Source: Planctomycetota bacterium
Lineage (GTDB): Bacteria; Planctomycetota; UBA8108
Direction of reading: 5' to 3'
Assembly: GCA_965659285.1 (NCBI GenBank)
Contig: CBFHWB010000001.1
Coordinates: forward strand, 1,797-65,796
DNA length: 64,000 nt
Below are positions 34,472 through 43,541 of the stretch, piece by piece. The notes under the pieces are model-generated. The model did not search any database. It was given only the letters and a program-made list of their open reading frames with translations, and was not told the DNA's origin. A program made the translations under genes and the position numbers. The first letter of the stretch is position 1, and every line of letters starts with the position of its first letter.

Positions 34472-34578
34472 TCTCGAAACAGCTCCAATTTCTCCCCTGC
34501 CGACCTCGCAACCGCTGAGCAGGAAACCGCGAAACCTCACCTGGAAAAACGCGGCGCGCCGGCCCGCCGGGGAACACG

Positions 34579-36504
34579 TCAGGGTTCGCCGGTGATCTCG
34601 CTGAGATGAGCCGCGAGCTTTTCAACCAGCGCAGGAAAACCCGGCTGAAGAACAAAGGGAGACGAAAAGGAATCAACCCGACCGTAGTGAAGCCCGGCCT
34701 CACCGGCGATCTCCTGACTCTTGCCAATGGTAATCGTCCGGAAGCCTTTGTGGTCGCCGAAGAAGCTGCGCAGGTTGAGCCGCAGGTGAAAATCATGGGT
34801 GCCGATGCCGGCCCCTTCCCATGTCTCCTTGGCGAGACCGGGGGCGAAGCCCGCCACCCGGAACCGGTCACGCTCGAGAGCTCCGATGACCTTGTTGACC
34901 AGCGGCTCATCAAGTTCCTTCCCCGCCACCACGACCTGGTCACTGCTGAATGACCAGGAGCCGGCAAGGTAGGCGAGAACCCATGATGTCTTGCCCCGCG
35001 TGAGCACCAGTTCCGCCGCGTTCCCGGGCATCAATTCCGAGATGGCCCGCTCCCTGAACACAGGCGGGCCGAACTCCAGCCGGCCCGGCCATTTCGAAAT
35101 AATGAGAAAGCGGCTGCGGTCCCCCGAGCGCTCAGCTACAAAGGCATCGATCTCCGCGTCCCTCGGATCACTCGACCGCCGAAGCAGGCGAAGCGTGTGA
35201 AGCTCTCCTGTCCCGGTCTCCACCGTGATTTCCCCAAGGGCCGGAGCAGCCGGCTCCCCAGCTACAGAGGCGGGTTCATAAAATTTCTCGACCAGGAGAT
35301 CTCGCAGTTCAGCGAGAGCTTCTGGAACAACCAACCGATCTCCCCTGAAGGAGTCGTCCTTGTTCCCGGTCTCCACGATATGCCCCTTCCCTTCCTCCCC
35401 GGAGGAATCGGAAGAGGCTTTCCGAATAACAAAGGAGCCCCCCGGCCCCCGGCACCGGATCTCGGAAAACTCGACACCCTCAAAATCAAAGACCTTGGCC
35501 GTCTGATATTTCTGCGCCTCCTCGTAGAGTCTCTTCACCGGCCCCTCGAGGCCGCTGAAAACAAACCCTCCCTCACCGGCGCGAAGCCAGACGAACCGCT
35601 CCTCTCCCTCCTCAAAACTGGCTCCCACCTCCAGGCTGATCCGATCACCCCGGCGATGCTCAACCTCCAGCTTCAGGCGGGGCTTGTCGAGCCCGTATGT
35701 CGTAAGGACTTCATCCGTAACTTCTTGCGGTAGAATAAATTGCTTTATTTTCCAGGCGTTCAGTTCCGAAAGCAACGTGTCCGTCTTAACCCGGTCAGCC
35801 AGCAAGCCGGCCAGGGGAGCACCCTCGGCAAAACGCCACCGGCGAGTCTTTTCTTCCCGGCGAAACGCCTTGCGGGCCTTCTGCGAACCGTTGACCTCAA
35901 AGGCAATACAGTCGGCGGGCGCTACGGGAACGAGCGCCTTCGATCGCAGCTCATCGAGGCTGGCCGAAAAGGCTGTCCGGGCTGTGGACCGGGCCACGAT
36001 GATGGTCTTGTGATCGAGACGGGCGAAGATGTCCTCCTTCAGACCGGGATGCTGACGTCCCACCTCGATCGAATGCTCTTTGCCCTGGCGAGTTTTAAAG
36101 TTGACGGACACCCAGGGGCCGTCCTCATCGCACCACTTCCCGGCATCATCCGAGTCCTCCGGCACCTCGACCACCTTGACCATGTCGGCTATCTCCCAGA
36201 GAACTCCCTGGATCCGCGGAACGAAGCCTCGAAACTTGACCGGCTTGGTAATATTCCAACCGTATTCGCCGCTGCGCTCGAGAGAGATCTTGCGGGCGCT
36301 CGCGCCCGCCGCGGCCTCATCCGCTGACAATCCATGGACGATTTCAAACGCGACAATGTCCGCCGGCTCGACATCCCCGAACGCCTCTGCCGCGCCTGAC
36401 CAGACCTGCCTGCGGCTCTCAAAGAAGTGAGCATAGAGGGTCACCGCGATGGCGATCACAAAGAGTAAAGCAGTCGTACGATTACCCGAGCGGCCTTTTC
36501 CCAT
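34579..36504 (-). CDS. DUF4340 domain protein (partner of GldG-type ABC systems)
   Basis: N-terminal membrane anchor. 641 aa. Conserved position downstream of the GldG-like gene. Composition and length typical of DUF4340. Confidence 0.65.
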   Translation of the reverse strand: MGKGRSGNRTTALLFVIAIAVTLYAHFFESRRQVWSGAAEAFGDVEPADIVAFEIVHGLSADEAAAGASARKISLERSGEYGWNITKPVKFRGFVPRIQGVLWEIADMVKVVEVPEDSDDAGKWCDEDGPWVSVNFKTRQGKEHSIEVGRQHPGLKEDIFARLDHKTIIVARSTARTAFSASLDELRSKALVPVAPADCIAFEVNGSQKARKAFRREEKTRRWRFAEGAPLAGLLADRVKTDTLLSELNAWKIKQFILPQEVTDEVLTTYGLDKPRLKLEVEHRRGDRISLEVGASFEEGEERFVWLRAGEGGFVFSGLEGPVKRLYEEAQKYQTAKVFDFEGVEFSEIRCRGPGGSFVIRKASSDSSGEEGKGHIVETGNKDDSFRGDRLVVPEALAELRDLLVEKFYEPASVAGEPAAPALGEITVETGTGELHTLRLLRRSSDPRDAEIDAFVAERSGDRSRFLIISKWPGRLEFGPPVFRERAISELMPGNAAELVLTRGKTSWVLAYLAGSWSFSSDQVVVAGKELDEPLVNKVIGALERDRFRVAGFAPGLAKETWEGAGIGTHDFHLRLNLRSFFGDHKGFRTITIGKSQEIAGEAGLHYGRVDSFSSPFVLQPGFPALVEKLAAHLSEITGEP

Positions 36505-38123
36505 CAGGATCTCCTGAGAAAATAAACACAGACACCGAGGGCCAGAAAAATCCCTGGGAAGATCAGCACCGCGGCCAGGAAGACAAACCGTCTCAAGGAG
36601 GGATTGCCAGCCAGGTCAATTCGGCGTTCCTGGGAACGAACTCCTCCCTCGCTGACCAGTTCCTCCCTTTCGACCAGCCAGTTGACGCAGTTCATTACAA
36701 AATCACGATGGTTCCCATTCAGGAAGCCTCCCCCCTGGCTTGAGCTGTCCAGCAGCAGGCTCCCCGAGCCAAGCACCACCAGCCTGGTCGCCAGCGGCAC
36801 CCAGTTCTCAGGCGGACGATCGATCTTTTCCTGGCGGGTGGCTGCCGCCACCGTAAAGTCGCTCCGCGCCTCCTCGCTGACTCCGCTCCCCGAAGAACCT
36901 CCGCCGACAAGATAGTAGCGTTCGACCTTGTCCGAACCTCCGGTAGAGAGCAGCACATCGCTCGTGAGCCGGAATGGCGCGCCAACAGCCTTGAGAGGAC
37001 GCGGCTCCAGCAACCCCACACCAAAATCAGCCCTTCCGCCGTCTGAACCAGCGACCAGGGGCGCGGTAACGGGATGAATACTGTTGGCGCTACGGCAAAC
37101 GACCCAACTGCGGTCGGAGTAATCCTCCAGAATGGTTATCCTTGAACGAACCTTACCCTCGAGCACCTCGACTCCCCATTTCTCGAGAATACTCTCCAGC
37201 TTGCTCCTGCGCACCCCAAGGGTGACAAAGAGCTTCCCCCCGCCGGATAGATAGCCCTGGACTGCATCCAATTCCGCCTGGGTAAACGATTTTTCAGCTC
37301 CGGCGATAACCAGCAGGTCGCAATCTTCAGGAACCCGGCGACGCTGTCCCAGGTCCAGGGACGCAATGGCGAAGCCCGAGGCCTCCAGGTCATGCCGCAA
37401 GGCCATCATGGGCGAAGCTCCGCCCAGTTGAAACTCCCCGTGTCCCTGGGTGAAATAGCAACGCAGGCGTTTTCTGTGGATCAAGCGCTTGATCGCCGAG
37501 GTCATCGCCTCCTCCGCCCTGAAAGATGAGATCTGCATGGGCTCGGACGGGCTGGATGGATTCGCCGTAAAGGTAGCCACATCCTCAGGCATCACGGTCT
37601 GACGCAGCCCCTTGCCTTCTCCTGTGTGGAAGATCAGGCGGTTGAACTGGCGGGAAGAGAGATCGTATTCTTCCCGGACCAGTTCCCACCGGCTGGCATC
37701 CACCAGGGAGTTCACCTCAGCTGCCACCCGGATCAGGGGTTGCTCGGAGGAATAAATCTTCAGGAGCTCGACGGCCCTTTGAAGAGAACGGTAATGAGCC
37801 ATCTGCTTGCTGTTGTTGAGCTGAACGTAATAGGGAAAGACGACCCTGATCTCCTTCGTCACCAGCTTCAGAACCTCACGGGTTTCCGGCGAGAGCGAGT
37901 GAATCTTCTCCTCGGTAAAATCAATCCGGCCCGGATTGCGGAAAGCGATCCCGTTCACCACAAAGAGTATGTAGAGAAACAGAAGCAGGTTGAGTATGAA
38001 CCGGGTTCTCTGACCTGAGCGCCGACGCGAGCTGAAGCTCTGCGGCTCATCCGCGGCGGGCTCAACGACAACCTCTTGCGTCTCGACTGCCTGTCTGTCG
38101 GTTTCAGATGGACTCATCGCCAC
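36504..38123 (-). CDS. GldG-like ABC-transporter auxiliary protein (ABC-type uncharacterised transport system)
   Basis: N- and C-terminal hydrophobic helices flanking a large periplasmic domain. Gene order ATPase, ABC-2 permease, GldG-like, DUF4340. Confidence 0.7.
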   Translation of the reverse strand: MAMSPSETDRQAVETQEVVVEPAADEPQSFSSRRRSGQRTRFILNLLLFLYILFVVNGIAFRNPGRIDFTEEKIHSLSPETREVLKLVTKEIRVVFPYYVQLNNSKQMAHYRSLQRAVELLKIYSSEQPLIRVAAEVNSLVDASRWELVREEYDLSSRQFNRLIFHTGEGKGLRQTVMPEDVATFTANPSSPSEPMQISSFRAEEAMTSAIKRLIHRKRLRCYFTQGHGEFQLGGASPMMALRHDLEASGFAIASLDLGQRRRVPEDCDLLVIAGAEKSFTQAELDAVQGYLSGGGKLFVTLGVRRSKLESILEKWGVEVLEGKVRSRITILEDYSDRSWVVCRSANSIHPVTAPLVAGSDGGRADFGVGLLEPRPLKAVGAPFRLTSDVLLSTGGSDKVERYYLVGGGSSGSGVSEEARSDFTVAAATRQEKIDRPPENWVPLATRLVVLGSGSLLLDSSSQGGGFLNGNHRDFVMNCVNWLVEREELVSEGGVRSQERRIDLAGNPSLRRFVFLAAVLIFPGIFLALGVCVYFLRRS

Positions 38124-38884
38124 TTACGTCCGTTGACCATGTTGATGGAGAGAAACAGAAAGAGACTGGTAAATCCAAGGTAGAAAACAATGTAGCGCAG
38201 TTCGACGACCCCCCCGATGTATTCACTCGAAAAGTGGGCCTGGAAGCTCAGGTAGTGAAAGAGACGCTGCAGTTCCGGCGTCTCCCGGTAGATCCAGCCG
38301 AGAAACAGCAGCGAGAAGAACAGCAGGTTTCCGCTGAGCGACAGCACAGCAGCAACCAACTGGTTGCGGGAAAAGGTAGAGGCCAGCAATCCCAGGGAGT
38401 TGGTCATGCAGCCAAGAAAGAACAGCCCGAAATACATCGACTTGACCGGCCCCCAATCAGGCCCCGCCGGCTTCCCAAGCACCTCCAGCATCAGGACGAA
38501 GAGCAGCAGGGAAGACCAGATGAGCATATAGAACAATTGGGTAGCCAGGAACTTGCCGCAGACAACCTCCGCGGCCCGCACAGGCGCCGTCATCAGCACT
38601 TCGATCGTTCCCGTACGCTTTTCCTCGGAAAACAGCCTCATGGCCAGCAGCGGCGACAGCGGAAGAACCCAGAAGAAAGCGAAGCTGAACAGCGACCTGA
38701 TCACCAGCGTGATCTGCTGCGGATCCCGAGCGTAGTTGACGCAGTAGTAATAAAAAATCCAACCGTTGGATATCATGAACAGAAAGAGGACAACATAGGC
38801 AATAGGTGAATAGAACAGGGCCATGAATTCCCGCTGGAATATCGCCCAGGTATTCGTCACCGTGCTCAGCCGGGTTCTGCTCAT
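38114..38884 (-). CDS. ABC-2 family transporter permease (GldF-like)
   Basis: Six hydrophobic segments. ABC-2 type. Stop and start overlap with neighbouring genes. Confidence 0.8.
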   Translation of the reverse strand: MSRTRLSTVTNTWAIFQREFMALFYSPIAYVVLFLFMISNGWIFYYYCVNYARDPQQITLVIRSLFSFAFFWVLPLSPLLAMRLFSEEKRTGTIEVLMTAPVRAAEVVCGKFLATQLFYMLIWSSLLLFVLMLEVLGKPAGPDWGPVKSMYFGLFFLGCMTNSLGLLASTFSRNQLVAAVLSLSGNLLFFSLLFLGWIYRETPELQRLFHYLSFQAHFSSEYIGGVVELRYIVFYLGFTSLFLFLSINMVNGRKWR

Positions 38885-39885
38885 TCCTCACCCCCGACAA
38901 TATCAAGGAAGACATCTTCAAGGCTCAGCTCTTCAGCCGCCAGTTGGCGCAGCCTCCAGCCGCCGGAGCTGACGGCATCGAATATCGTCTCCGCCCCCTG
39001 TTCCGCATCGTTGAAAAACACCCTGTAGCGACAATAGCCGGCGCCGGGATCATCTCCCGCGCCTTCCGGCCTGTCAGTCTCCACCCTCGACACACCCGGG
39101 AGAGCCTCAAAGGCGGCGTTCACCGCCTCATGGGGCCCGCCGACCTCGGCAACTACACAGACCCTGTCGGCCAGGGAACCCTTGAGATTCTCAACCGTGT
39201 CGCCGGCGACAAGTCGTCCCCCGGAGATGATCGCCACACTGGAACAGACAAGCTCTACCTCGCTGAGTATGTGAGTAGACAGGATAACCGTCCTGTTGCG
39301 GCCAACCTCCTGGAGCAGGGATCTGAACTGCCGCACCTGCTCAGGGTCGAGCCCTACCGTGGGCTCATCGAGGATCAACACCGGTGGTTCGCCCAGGAGC
39401 GCATCCGCCAGGCCGATCCGCTGGCGATAGCCGCGCGACAGGGTTCCGATCATACGCCCGGCCACATCTACTGTCTGGGTTTCCTCGAGGGCGGCGCCTA
39501 TCCGTCCCTTCCTGTCGGCACGGGAGATACCCTTGAGGCGAGCGCGAAAACCCAGGTACTCGCCAACCCTCATATCGGGATAGATCGGAACTCCCTCGGG
39601 CAGATAACCGATCGAGTTTCTCACAGCGAGACTGTCTTCTCCCACGTCAAAGCCGTTGACGCTGACCCGGCCGGAGTCACCAGGCATAAAGCCCGCCAGG
39701 ATCCTGAGCGTCGTGCTCTTGCCTGCGCCGTTGGGACCAAGAAAGCCCAGGATCTCCCCCTCGCCCACCGAAAACGAGATCCCCTGCAGAGCCTTTACAG
39801 GACCATAGCTCTTCACCAGACCATCAACTTCGATCAGGTTTCTCGACTCAGCCAATGAATTCAACTCTCCACACCCTGCCGGCAA
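38881..39885 (-). CDS. ABC transporter ATP-binding protein (GldA-like)
   Basis: Walker A GPNGAGKST. Signature LSRGYRQR. Walker B VLILDEPT. The true start is probably an internal TTG or GTG. Confidence 0.9.
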   Translation of the reverse strand: MPAGCGELNSLAESRNLIEVDGLVKSYGPVKALQGISFSVGEGEILGFLGPNGAGKSTTLRILAGFMPGDSGRVSVNGFDVGEDSLAVRNSIGYLPEGVPIYPDMRVGEYLGFRARLKGISRADRKGRIGAALEETQTVDVAGRMIGTLSRGYRQRIGLADALLGEPPVLILDEPTVGLDPEQVRQFRSLLQEVGRNRTVILSTHILSEVELVCSSVAIISGGRLVAGDTVENLKGSLADRVCVVAEVGGPHEAVNAAFEALPGVSRVETDRPEGAGDDPGAGYCRYRVFFNDAEQGAETIFDAVSSGGWRLRQLAAEELSLEDVFLDIVGGEE

Positions 39886-40016
39886 AGCCGCCGGCAGGCA
39901 ATTTCCTGTTCAGGGATCCCCCTGAATAGACGTCAGGATCTTCTCTTCTGTTTCCACCTTCCGGCATTTTAGCCCAGAATGACTTTCCGGGGTTGAGGAA
40001 AACGGGGGGCGCAGGC

Positions 40017-41642
40017 TCAGTACTCGCGACGCTCCCTGGAAGAAGGAATTCCCTCGGCCTCGCGGTATTTCGTGACCGTACGCCGGGAGATGCTGATCTC
40101 GACCTCTTCTAATTTTCGCACAATGGCGATATCGCTCAGGGGCTTGGCCTTGTCCTCCTCTTTAATGAAATCCTTGATGCGCTGGATCACGCTGCCGCGA
40201 GCCTCCACATCTCCGCCGGATTTGGTCGCGCCGCCGGTAAAGAAGAACTTCAGCGCGTAGATCCCCCTGGGAGTCTGAATGTACTTGCCGCTGATGCCCC
40301 GGCTGATCGTTGAAACATGAACACCGAGCAGATCAGCCACATCCGCCATCTTCAACGCCCTGAGATGGCTGATGCCGTGATCGAGAAAGCCCGACTGGAT
40401 ATTGACGATCTCCTGGGCAATCTTGTGCAGCGTCGCCTGGCGTTGGCGAATCGCAGAAACCAGCCACTCAGCGTTATCGAGTTTTTTCTTCAGGTACTTC
40501 TGCAACTCGGGATCCTTGCGTGACTGACGATAGAGATCCCGGTAATGGGAACTGATCCTCAAGCGGGGAATATAATTCGAATCGACCCGGACCTCGTAGG
40601 TACCCTCGACCTCATCGACAATGACGTCAGGCTTGACGTAATGGGGAGGATCTCCCCCGAACAGCTTGCCCGGCAGCGGGTTGAGAGAGGCAATGTTCTG
40701 CACCGCGTCCTTGATCTCCTCGATACCCACGCCCAGCCCCCTGGCAATTTTAGGCAACCGGTTATGGCTGAGCTCTGAGAGGTACTCCCGGATGATCTTC
40801 TCTTCAAGGGGATAGTCCTGGCGATCCTTCTGTAACTGCAGGAGAAGGCACTCGACAATATCGCGTCCCCCGACACCGGTCGGTTCGAGATCCTGGACAA
40901 TCTCGAGGGCGACCGCTAACAGGAGCATCTCCGGGGGAGGATCGATGGAGACCCTGACCTCTTCTAGGGAATACATGAGATAGCCGCGCTCATCGATATT
41001 GAAAATAATCGAGCTGCAAAGCTCCCGAATCTCCATCACCTGCTCTTCTGAAAAATCCAGTCGAGCGGGCGCCTCGACGGCAGGAGGAGCCGACGCTCCA
41101 TTCAACTCGACCTCGGGCGCGTCTCCGTCAGGGTCCTCTTGCGCGGCGGCGGACATCTTCGCGGACGCCTCAACCCGCCGCATGGCCGCCGCGACCTCGT
41201 CGTCGCTGAGCAGGTGCACCTGGTCCTCGAGGTGATCCTGCAGGGAAATCGAACGCTCGGCGGTATTGCTCATCGCCTCGAGCTTCTCATCCTTTTCCCC
41301 ACGGTAGCTCGCCGAACTGCGCGATGGCGGAGCATCATCCTGGAAATAGCGGTCAGCCCGTTCCATTCGTTCCTGGAGAGACCCGAAAGGATCTTCCGCG
41401 GGCTCAGTTGATCCGTCGGCATCCTCTGAGGAAGTTGCCTCGGTCTGATCCGAGGAGGCATCCTCGCCGCCAGTGGCCTCCTCACTGGAGCGCTCGAGAG
41501 TTTCGTTATTCTCCAGCTCGCTATCTACACGATCCTGCAGATCCATGGAGTTCAGACAGAGAATCTCCATCGACATATACATCTGCGGCGAAAGCGTCTG
41601 GATCTGCTTGATCGCCTGGTGTTGGGAGAGACCTAATTCCAT
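40017..41642 (-). CDS. rpoN: RNA polymerase sigma-54 factor
   Basis: Region I (LSQHQAIKQIQTLSPQMYMSMEIL). C-terminal HTH and RpoN box (RRTVTKYRE). Acidic insertion in region II. Confidence 0.9.
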   Translation of the reverse strand: MELGLSQHQAIKQIQTLSPQMYMSMEILCLNSMDLQDRVDSELENNETLERSSEEATGGEDASSDQTEATSSEDADGSTEPAEDPFGSLQERMERADRYFQDDAPPSRSSASYRGEKDEKLEAMSNTAERSISLQDHLEDQVHLLSDDEVAAAMRRVEASAKMSAAAQEDPDGDAPEVELNGASAPPAVEAPARLDFSEEQVMEIRELCSSIIFNIDERGYLMYSLEEVRVSIDPPPEMLLLAVALEIVQDLEPTGVGGRDIVECLLLQLQKDRQDYPLEEKIIREYLSELSHNRLPKIARGLGVGIEEIKDAVQNIASLNPLPGKLFGGDPPHYVKPDVIVDEVEGTYEVRVDSNYIPRLRISSHYRDLYRQSRKDPELQKYLKKKLDNAEWLVSAIRQRQATLHKIAQEIVNIQSGFLDHGISHLRALKMADVADLLGVHVSTISRGISGKYIQTPRGIYALKFFFTGGATKSGGDVEARGSVIQRIKDFIKEEDKAKPLSDIAIVRKLEEVEISISRRTVTKYREAEGIPSSRERREY

Positions 41643-41844
41643 GGCGTTTCATCCGTTCCCCGGCAAGCTCATGGCCGGGTAGAGCGACTCGTAGTCAGGC
41701 TGAAAAAAAAATTCTCAGTTGAGTGAATCGACAAGTGAGTATAGGAGGCGCTTCTGCCAAAGTCAACTTAAGTGGCAGACAACCCCTTTGGAGAAAAACA
41801 CTTAGAGAACATCCTGCAGAAGGCTTCCACACCCTTGCAAATCT

Positions 41845-43497
41845 CTATCCTTCAGGCGCCTCGGAGGACCGCGAGGAAGCGGACCCCCGCTTCGCAAAGC
41901 CCAGCAGAAGGGCTCCCAGGAGGAGGCAGAGCAGCGGGAACCAATGACCCCACCTGCTGTAAATAGACTCCACCCTCCCCGGGATGAAGCTCTCGGTGAA
42001 GAGGGCGGCCTTCCAGATCTTGTTGCCACCATGAAACTCACCGGCGATGTCGACGATACCCGAGGGTCCCACGTTCGTACAGCGCAGCACGGGAATCCGG
42101 GACTCTACCGCCCTGAGAATGAACACCGAACGATGCTGGGGGATATGAGCCGTATTGCCGTACCAATAGTCCTCGGTAAGATTCACCAGGAAGTCGCTGC
42201 CGATAGCGGATTGGCGTACGTATTCCGGCAGCACCGCCTCGTAACAGATGAGATTGCGAAACCCGTTCTCGCCCAGGGTCATCAACGGGTTGTCCTCACC
42301 GAGGCTCAGTTGACCAATATTCGGCAGAGTCTTGCGCCAGGACTCGGGCAGAAGCTCAAGGCCCGGAACCCACTCACCGAAAGGCACCGGGTGGTTCTTC
42401 CTGTAGATACCCTCCTCACCATCCGTCGAAAGGTAGATCGAGATATTGTAGTTGTCCTTAGTCACGAGCTCTCCCCGGTCGCCGGGAGCTAAGGTCACGC
42501 CGAAACCTCCGAAGACCAGGGGCACCTTGAAATCATCCCGAATGAACCTTCTCCCGGTCTCCCTGTTTTCGGGATGAAGTCTCCAGCGTTGGCCTTCAGA
42601 ACCCAGATCGAGAGGGATCCCGTCCGCCCCCTCGGGCCAGAGCACCAGGCCGACGCCCGGATGCTCTCTCAGCAGCTCCCTGGTCCTCGATATATAGATT
42701 GGCGGTCCGGCCTCACGGCGCTCGCCGGGACTGAGAAAGCCCTGCACAAAACCAACCTCGATCCTGTCGTCCTCCCGCGCCGCCTGCACAGCTCCAATCG
42801 AATCGAGACGCAGCGGACCGTAGATACAGCATGCCAGCAGCAGCGTTCCACTGGCCGCCACCCTCCAGCGAGGGAAGGCCTCCACGGAGCGCCGCCAGCG
42901 AATGAGGCCCGCCACGGTAGCGCTGGTCAGGAAGACCAGCGCGCTCAGACCGCTTGTCCCCAGGATGTCGACACACTGCAGAAACCAGTCGCGGCCGTAC
43001 AGGGCGCCTCCGAGATGCCACGGCCACAGCCGCGGATAGTAATGTTCGAGACCGATCCAGAGCGGCAGCACGAGCAGAACCTGCAGGCTGTTGCGGCATC
43101 GCCCGAGGGCCAGGCCCATGAGAACCCATGGAACCGCCTCGTAGAGAACCCAGAGAAGGTACACCAGCAGCGACAGGAGCAGGCCCATGCCGGTGAACTC
43201 GTTGATGGTGTGCCAGACCCAGGAAAAGGAGATCCCCACGAAGGTCATACCGCAGATGCCCCCCAGCAGAGCCCCCCTCTTCTTCCCGACGCCCTGCGCG
43301 GCAAGCAATAGGGGGAAGAGAACCAGGAAGATCAACAGGTCGAGCTGGTAGGGCCGCCCGAAGATCGGAAAGGAAAGAATGCCGAGAACACCGCTCAAAA
43401 CGGCCCCGGCGATGCTGGCTCGAGACAGCCTGGGAGCGCGTTCTCCACCGGGAACAGGAGGTTTTTCCTCTGAAGAGCTCATACTGTGATTGTGCAC
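41845..43497 (-). CDS. lnt: Apolipoprotein N-acyltransferase
   Basis: N-terminal polytopic membrane domain plus CN-hydrolase domain with catalytic Cys in NLICYEAV. Confidence 0.85.
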   Translation of the reverse strand: MHNHSMSSSEEKPPVPGGERAPRLSRASIAGAVLSGVLGILSFPIFGRPYQLDLLIFLVLFPLLLAAQGVGKKRGALLGGICGMTFVGISFSWVWHTINEFTGMGLLLSLLVYLLWVLYEAVPWVLMGLALGRCRNSLQVLLVLPLWIGLEHYYPRLWPWHLGGALYGRDWFLQCVDILGTSGLSALVFLTSATVAGLIRWRRSVEAFPRWRVAASGTLLLACCIYGPLRLDSIGAVQAAREDDRIEVGFVQGFLSPGERREAGPPIYISRTRELLREHPGVGLVLWPEGADGIPLDLGSEGQRWRLHPENRETGRRFIRDDFKVPLVFGGFGVTLAPGDRGELVTKDNYNISIYLSTDGEEGIYRKNHPVPFGEWVPGLELLPESWRKTLPNIGQLSLGEDNPLMTLGENGFRNLICYEAVLPEYVRQSAIGSDFLVNLTEDYWYGNTAHIPQHRSVFILRAVESRIPVLRCTNVGPSGIVDIAGEFHGGNKIWKAALFTESFIPGRVESIYSRWGHWFPLLCLLLGALLLGFAKRGSASSRSSEAPEG

Positions 43498-43541
43498 GCT
43501 CCTGCCAAGGTATCAAGGGAGGCTGGCATGCCCCCGGAACA

